Of a DNA stretch of 64,000 nucleotides, positions 57,532-64,000 are shown piece after piece. Numbering within the stretch: the stretch's first letter is position 1; each line of letters opens with the position of its first letter. The stretch is from an uncultured Bacilli bacterium. GTDB taxonomy: Bacteria > Bacillota_I > Bacilli_A > RF39 > UBA660. Where the stretch lies: positions 200,321-264,320 of the forward strand of contig CAJTZU010000001.1 in the NCBI GenBank assembly GCA_910584165.1. The letters run 5' to 3'. The position numbers and the translations under genes are program-made. The notes below the pieces were generated by a model, which was not told where the DNA came from, did not search any database, and was given only the letters and a program-made list of their open reading frames with translations.

Positions 57532-59103
57532 TTATCCCTTTATTACAACTGTGGCTGAAATTTCCTTACCATCTACTATAATTTTTGCTGTTTTAATACT
57601 TGTTGTTACTTTTGTAGCATTAATTTGTGTTGAAGTTTCATTTAAAACTGTACCATTATAAATGATTTTACTATAAGCTTTAAATGCTGAACCATCTCTT
57701 GTTACAGAAACTCCATAATTTGCTACAGCATCTGTACCTTCTTGATGCTTTGCAGTAAATGTAATTACATATTTATGAGTTTTCTCCTTTACAGTAATAG
57801 TAATGCTTCCTACTTTACCACTGCCATCTTTAGCTGTTGCTGTAATAGTTACAGTTCCTGGAGCTTTAGCAATTACTTTACCTTTTGAATCTACAGTTGC
57901 AACAGCTGGATTACTACTCTTCCATGTAACGCCTTTATTAGAAGCATTATTTGGCTTAATAGTTGCTTTTAATGTTTGATTTCCACCAACTGTCATTGTT
58001 TTATTACCACTAACAGTAATACCTGTTACAGGTTGATTTTTAACAGTTACTTTAACTGTTGCTGTATAACTACCATCATTTGTAGTTACAGTAATAATAG
58101 CAGTTCCTTCTTTCTTACCAGTAATTTTTCCATTTTTATCTACTGTTACAATTGAAGAATCGCTACTCTTCCATGTTAATCCTTTATTTGTCGCGTCACT
58201 TGGTTTTACTGTTGCTTTCAACGTTGTACTTGAACCTGTTGCTAAGTTAAGTGTTGTTTTATCAAAACTTACACCTGTAACAGGAACAATATCTTTTGTT
58301 ACTGTTATAGTTGCTGTTGCTTTGAAACCACCATCTTTTGTAGTTACTGTAATTGTAGCAGTACCAGCTTTAAGAGCTTTAATGTTACCATTTTCATCCA
58401 CTGTTACAATACTATTATCACTACTTTCCCATGTTAATGATTTATCTTTAGCATTGCTTGGCTCTACTGTTGCTATTAAAGTCGCAGTTTCACCTGGCTT
58501 CATTGCTAAAGATGTTTGATTTAATGTTACCCCTGTAACACTAGCATCATTTGTGTCTCCGGCTCTCCATCTTGCTTCTAATTTTATATCACCTGTTACC
58601 TTAGTGTTAAAATCGAATAGCTCACCATTATAATACCAACCATCAAAGATATAACCTTCTTTTGTTGGGTCAGCTGGTTTTGGAATTCTACCGTCTTTAT
58701 CTACCTTTAAAGCTGACACTGGACTACCACCACGTGTATCAAATGTGATGTTAAATTGTTCTTTCTTACCACCACAAGACTTTAACAATAGAATAATGAT
58801 GATTGCTATAACAACAATTGCTATAACAATTTTTGCACCAAAAGATTCACCTTCATCTTCTAAAAGTTCATCCTTTTCTTCTTTTTTAGATTTTTTATCA
58901 TCTTTTGAATTCTCTTTGGAATCTTCTTCTATCTCTTCCAATTCTTCTGAATCCTCGTCATCAAAATCGTCATCTTCTGTTGAATGTTTCTCAGTTTCTT
59001 CGAAATCATCTAATTCCTCATCAGAAATTTCGTCTAAGTCAAGATCTTCATCTAGTTCTTCAACTTCATCTAAGTCAACATCTTTTCTTTTCTTGTCTTC
59101 CAT
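57532..59103 (-). CDS. Type II membrane protein: acidic cytoplasmic N-terminus, TM helix, one Flg_new repeat, three Big_2 (bacterial Ig-like) domains
   Basis: Residues 1-88 are Asp/Glu-rich and the TM helix spans 91-108. The motif GYIFDGWYYNG is present. Three repeats of about 82 aa follow: VTGV...L..G....L.ATV.PS.A..K.LTW.SS...IVTVD..G.I.....GTA.ITVTT.DG. Confidence 0.8.
   Translation of the reverse strand: MEDKKRKDVDLDEVEELDEDLDLDEISDEELDDFEETEKHSTEDDDFDDEDSEELEEIEEDSKENSKDDKKSKKEEKDELLEDEGESFGAKIVIAIVVIAIIIILLLKSCGGKKEQFNITFDTRGGSPVSALKVDKDGRIPKPADPTKEGYIFDGWYYNGELFDFNTKVTGDIKLEARWRAGDTNDASVTGVTLNQTSLAMKPGETATLIATVEPSNAKDKSLTWESSDNSIVTVDENGNIKALKAGTATITVTTKDGGFKATATITVTKDIVPVTGVSFDKTTLNLATGSSTTLKATVKPSDATNKGLTWKSSDSSIVTVDKNGKITGKKEGTAIITVTTNDGSYTATVKVTVKNQPVTGITVSGNKTMTVGGNQTLKATIKPNNASNKGVTWKSSNPAVATVDSKGKVIAKAPGTVTITATAKDGSGKVGSITITVKEKTHKYVITFTAKHQEGTDAVANYGVSVTRDGSAFKAYSKIIYNGTVLNETSTQINATKVTTSIKTAKIIVDGKEISATVVIKG
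57790..58539 (-). repeat. Three tandem coding repeats of about 246 nt (Big_2 domains)
   Basis: Protein residues 189-438 of the 523-aa ORF form three similar units of about 82 aa. Confidence 0.8.
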
Positions 59104-59192
59104 ACTACCTTCCTTTCTTATTTTTTCTTACCATCATTAACAGTTATGTTATCACACTTAACCAACATACACCTCCGTACTGTGACACACTC

Positions 59193-59221
59193 ATTGTATC
59201 AAAAATGCTAATTTTCGTCAA
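59193..59221 (-). promoter_or_regulatory. Sigma-A type promoter for the surface-protein operon
   Basis: Minus strand reads TTGACG, a 17-nt spacer, then TACAAT. It lies about 85 nt upstream of the ATG at 59103. Confidence 0.55.
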
Positions 59222-59485
59222 TATATATAACGACAATTTTTACACTTTACAAAAAAGAAAAAAGTGCTTTATTTTTCTTCCTTTTTTTGGCATGTGATGT
59301 CTTTATTTTATTGACTTTTCGAACTGTTTTAAGAAATTTATTTTTTTCTTCTTCTATTTACCATTTTTTTGCCAATAAACACCTTCCTTTTCTAAAACAA
59401 ATCCACTATATCATATCTTGAAACAAGTCTAATTATGACAAAAAGAAATGGGATAATTCCTTTTTTTTCACATAGGATGTATTAG

Positions 59486-59863
59486 GTGATTATTATGCAA
59501 ATGTGGAAAAACTTAGGAATTAACATAGGAATTTCCCTTCTCATTCTACTAATTGGAACCTTTTTTGTTAGCCTTCTTAGTTTTTTTAATATTTTAAAGG
59601 GAAACTTACTAACTATCATGAAATTTCTAATTCCTTTTCTAAGCTTTTTTATTGGAAGTTTTAAGCAAGGAAAAGAAAGTAAAAAGAAAGGCTTTCTAGA
59701 AGGTTTAAAAATTGGAAGTATCTTGGTGTTTATTCTCTTTATTTTCAATTATGGTATCTATCAAACCTTTCATTTTAAAAATTTACTTTACTATTTTCTA
59801 CTTCTTTTTATTTCTATGACAGGAGGAATATTAGGAATTTCAAAGAGAATAGAAAAAAAATAG
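59486..59863 (+). CDS. Small integral membrane protein (TIGR04086-like)
   Basis: 125 aa with 4 TM segments and a central basic loop (GSFKQGKESKKKGFLEGLKIG). GGTGA RBS. The opposite-strand ORF 59482-59748 is judged spurious. Confidence 0.6.
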   Translation: MIIMQMWKNLGINIGISLLILLIGTFFVSLLSFFNILKGNLLTIMKFLIPFLSFFIGSFKQGKESKKKGFLEGLKIGSILVFILFIFNYGIYQTFHFKNLLYYFLLLFISMTGGILGISKRIEKK

Positions 59864-59869
59864 GGAATC

Positions 59870-61844
<1,975 letters not shown>

Positions 61845-61940
61845 TTATACTATAGATTTACTTTTATTGCTATTCTTTTCTATTCTTCTTTTTTAAATTC
61901 TACTTTTAACTTACTACTGATAATAATATTGTTTAAAAGG

Positions 61941-61974
61941 GCAAATAAGGAAGCAGAATTCTTCTACTTCCTTA
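61941..61974 (-). terminator. Hairpin after the H..Y..E-module gene pair
   Basis: Minus strand: AAGGAAGTAGAA-GAA-TTCTGCTTCCTT (one mismatch) then ATTTGCCCTTTT. It overlaps the stop codon. Coordinates are +/-1 nt. Confidence 0.45.
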
Positions 61975-63108
61975 TTTTTGATATCCATCAAACATATCTA
62001 TTTTCACTTGATAAATTTTATTAGGCTTTTCTTTTTTACTAGCTTCGTACTTTTCCACAAACTTAGGATGACTGCTATCCACGATATCTAACCCCAACTC
62101 TTTAGCCAACAAAACAATTTTTCTTAATGTTTCAAAATCTTCTTTCACTAATCTACCCATAAAGTTTTTAAGTTTTTTTAAAGGAATTCCTATTCCTATG
62201 ATAGACGATAAGGGAATTTGGTCTTTTACTTGCCATTCATCAAACATATCACTAACACGTCTATCAATAACTTTATCAAAAATATTTGGCCGAATATAAT
62301 CAGGAGACAACTTAAATGCTGGAATGCTATCTGAAAGAATAAGACAGAAAGAATCCATAACATAAGAATAAAAAGCATTCATTCTATTTTGTCGATATTC
62401 TCCTTTTGGATATTTTTTGCAAACACTAACGTAGTCTGCTCCATTATATCCATAGAAACTTTCATACCCCAATAATCGTTTACTTTTGATACCTCCAGTA
62501 GTTAAAATGCTTAGTAAATAATATAAAGAATCTCTTATTTTTCCTAGGCCATGATAATAGTATCGACTACAAAAATTACCATCTACTATTCTTTCTAAGG
62601 AATAATCATAAATTGGATGTTCTAAAAATCCTTGTCTTTCATTATAATCTCTTAAACAAATTAGCGAGTCTGTATTTACAATATCTATTTTTAAATCTTT
62701 CACAAAAGTTAATAATTCTTGTAACTGACTTTTATAATAAGGAATTTCTTCCCAATCATAACATTTTAATTGATCCATAGGAAGACCAATCCCCACTATC
62801 ATAGATAGTGGAATACTACCTCTTACCTGATATTCATCATCATATTCACTAAATAATTGTGCAAAAGGTCCTTTTAAATACTTTATATACTTTTCTTTTA
62901 TCATTCGAATTTTAGAAGCTTTTACTTTATCAGAAATAATAAAACAAGTGCATCCTTCTACAAATTCATAAAAGCCTTGTCCATCTCTATAAAGTCGAAT
63001 GGGAGATGTTTCTTTTATTCTCCCAAAAGATAAATTTTCTACTGCTATTTCAACATCTTCTCCATGAAAAATTTTTCCACCAAAGCCATAATAAAAAAAT
63101 TTACTCAT
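61972..63108 (-). CDS. Unknown-function protein with two tandem copies of an H..Y..E (ADP-ribosyltransferase-like?) module
   Basis: I prefer the start at ATG 63108 (MSKFFYYGFGG; GGGAG RBS; ATGAGTAA overlap with the upstream stop). The N-module retains GFYEFV and DDEYQVRGSIPLSMIVGIGLP but lacks the His. The C-module has YYYHGLGK, NAFYSYV and FDEWQVKDQIPLSSIIGIGIP. It is a paralog of the upstream gene. Confidence 0.6.
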   Translation of the reverse strand: MSKFFYYGFGGKIFHGEDVEIAVENLSFGRIKETSPIRLYRDGQGFYEFVEGCTCFIISDKVKASKIRMIKEKYIKYLKGPFAQLFSEYDDEYQVRGSIPLSMIVGIGLPMDQLKCYDWEEIPYYKSQLQELLTFVKDLKIDIVNTDSLICLRDYNERQGFLEHPIYDYSLERIVDGNFCSRYYYHGLGKIRDSLYYLLSILTTGGIKSKRLLGYESFYGYNGADYVSVCKKYPKGEYRQNRMNAFYSYVMDSFCLILSDSIPAFKLSPDYIRPNIFDKVIDRRVSDMFDEWQVKDQIPLSSIIGIGIPLKKLKNFMGRLVKEDFETLRKIVLLAKELGLDIVDSSHPKFVEKYEASKKEKPNKIYQVKIDMFDGYQK

Positions 63109-63715
63109 GAACTTCACTCCCTAAAATTTTTTCTAATTGTATTTGATAAACTTTATTAAAATTCTTACTTTTTTCTTTTTCATATTCTTCTACAAAATTA
63201 GGAAGACTACTATCTACAATATCTAATCCTAATGCTAAAGCAATCTCAATAATTTTTTTAATTTTTTCTTGGCCTTCTTGTATATCTTCCATTAATTCTG
63301 CTAATTGTTGCATAGGAATACCTATCGCAACAATATCTGATAAAGAGACTCTATCTTTCACTTGCCATTCATCAAACATATCACTAAAGCGTGTGTTAGG
63401 TTTTGAATTCATATATCCAAAAAGTTCAAAACGATTCCATTTATCAGCATTTTCAATAATTTCTGGTTTAATAGCCTCCACTGTATCAGAAATAATAAAA
63501 CAAATACTATCTTGAACATATTTATAAAATGCATTATTAGAATGCCTAGAATATTCTTCTTCTGGTTCTTTTGTACAAATACTTACATGGTCTAAACCAT
63601 TAAAACCAATCTTTCTAGCACCAGGCATACATTTAATACCACCTTTTTGAAATATATCTAACGTTTTTTCTAATATATCTCCTCTTTTTACACCATGATA
63701 ATAATACTTACTCAT
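63101..63715 (-). CDS. Unknown-function protein with one copy of the same H..Y..E module
   Basis: I prefer the start at ATG 63715 (MSKYYYHGVKRG; GGGGGA RBS). Motifs are YYYHG (H7), NAFYKYV (Y64), FDEWQVKDRVSLSDIVAIGIP (E116) and the tail LGLDIVDSSLPNFVEEYE. Confidence 0.6.
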   Translation of the reverse strand: MSKYYYHGVKRGDILEKTLDIFQKGGIKCMPGARKIGFNGLDHVSICTKEPEEEYSRHSNNAFYKYVQDSICFIISDTVEAIKPEIIENADKWNRFELFGYMNSKPNTRFSDMFDEWQVKDRVSLSDIVAIGIPMQQLAELMEDIQEGQEKIKKIIEIALALGLDIVDSSLPNFVEEYEKEKSKNFNKVYQIQLEKILGSEVHE

Positions 63716-63783
63716 AATATCCCCCATTATTCGTTCCTTTTTTAAGAAAAAAGTACATACTATCATACCATATTTTCTAAAAT

Positions 63784-64000
63784 TTACAAATTCTGAAAGA
63801 AATTAACTAACTGAGATAACCCCATTTTATGGGAAGCTTTTAAATAAATAATAGAATAATCTTTTAAAGAAATAGTTTTCAAATATTCTTTTAGTTCTTC
63901 AATACTATAAAAATGTGGTTTATTCTTTAAGTAAGAAGTCTCTTCTCCCATTGTTATTACATTTAAATCATCATACTTTTGAATTTCCTGATAAACTTTT
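63784..64000 (-). CDS. 3' end of an unidentified gene (runs off the window end)
   Basis: Own minus-strand translation: ...KVYQEIQKYDDLNVITMGEETSYLKNKPHFYSIEELKEYLKTISLKDYSIIYLKASHKMGLSQLVNFFQNL, with the stop at about 63784. The frame is open to the window edge. Confidence 0.4.
   Translation of the reverse strand, partial: KVYQEIQKYDDLNVITMGEETSYLKNKPHFYSIEELKEYLKTISLKDYSIIYLKASHKMGLSQLVNFFQNL

Noticed and set aside
58745-59297. Two overlapping plus-strand ORFs (131 and 130 aa), Ser-rich
   Set aside because: They are mirror images of the Asp/Glu-rich N-terminus of the 523-aa gene (GAA/GAT read antisense gives Ser/Phe/Ile). No RBS or motif is present.
59482-59748. 88-aa minus-strand ORF overlapping the TIGR04086-like gene
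   Set aside because: The plus-strand ORF has a GGTGA RBS and a coherent 4-TM topology. The minus-strand translation is basic low-complexity sequence without start signals.

Overview
AT-rich (about 30% GC by eye) chromosomal segment from a low-GC Gram-positive bacterium (Bacillota) using the standard genetic code. The gene content suggests a spore-forming Erysipelotrichia- or Clostridia-like organism: spoIIGA-sigE sit directly downstream of ftsA-ftsZ, and there is a murG-murB-divIB block, a YjcZ-type tiny sporulation protein and an archaeal-type ProRS. This taxon guess is inference only. I count about 67 protein genes, 61 of them on the minus strand, tightly packed and separated by many hairpin plus T-run terminators. 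I saw no rRNA, tRNA, CRISPR array, transposase, integrase or prophage genes. Most of the window is housekeeping: alaS, proS, frr, mutL, sufCDS, pnp, rpsO, def, ftsAZ, murBG, uvrC, rpsB-tsf, rimM-trmD, obg and tgt. Four things look most worth following up. (1) A monocistronic radical SAM/SPASM enzyme fused to a MazG-type NTP pyrophosphohydrolase domain at 36685-38352. (2) Two translationally coupled paralogous genes at 61972-63715, next to tgt, carrying three copies of an unannotated ~190-aa module with an H..Y..E pattern reminiscent of ADP-ribosyltransferases. (3) A tandemly duplicated, GC-enriched, switch-like structured element at 50025-50236, upstream of an ABC-2 exporter operon. (4) A 582-aa AlaRS that lacks the C-Ala domain. 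CDS coordinates follow the supplied ORF track, with some starts re-assigned from RBS inspection. Coordinates of hairpins, promoters and repeats were hand-counted and may be off by 1-2 nt. Around 61920-61980 my count disagreed with the track by 1 nt. All family assignments come from motif recognition, not database searches.
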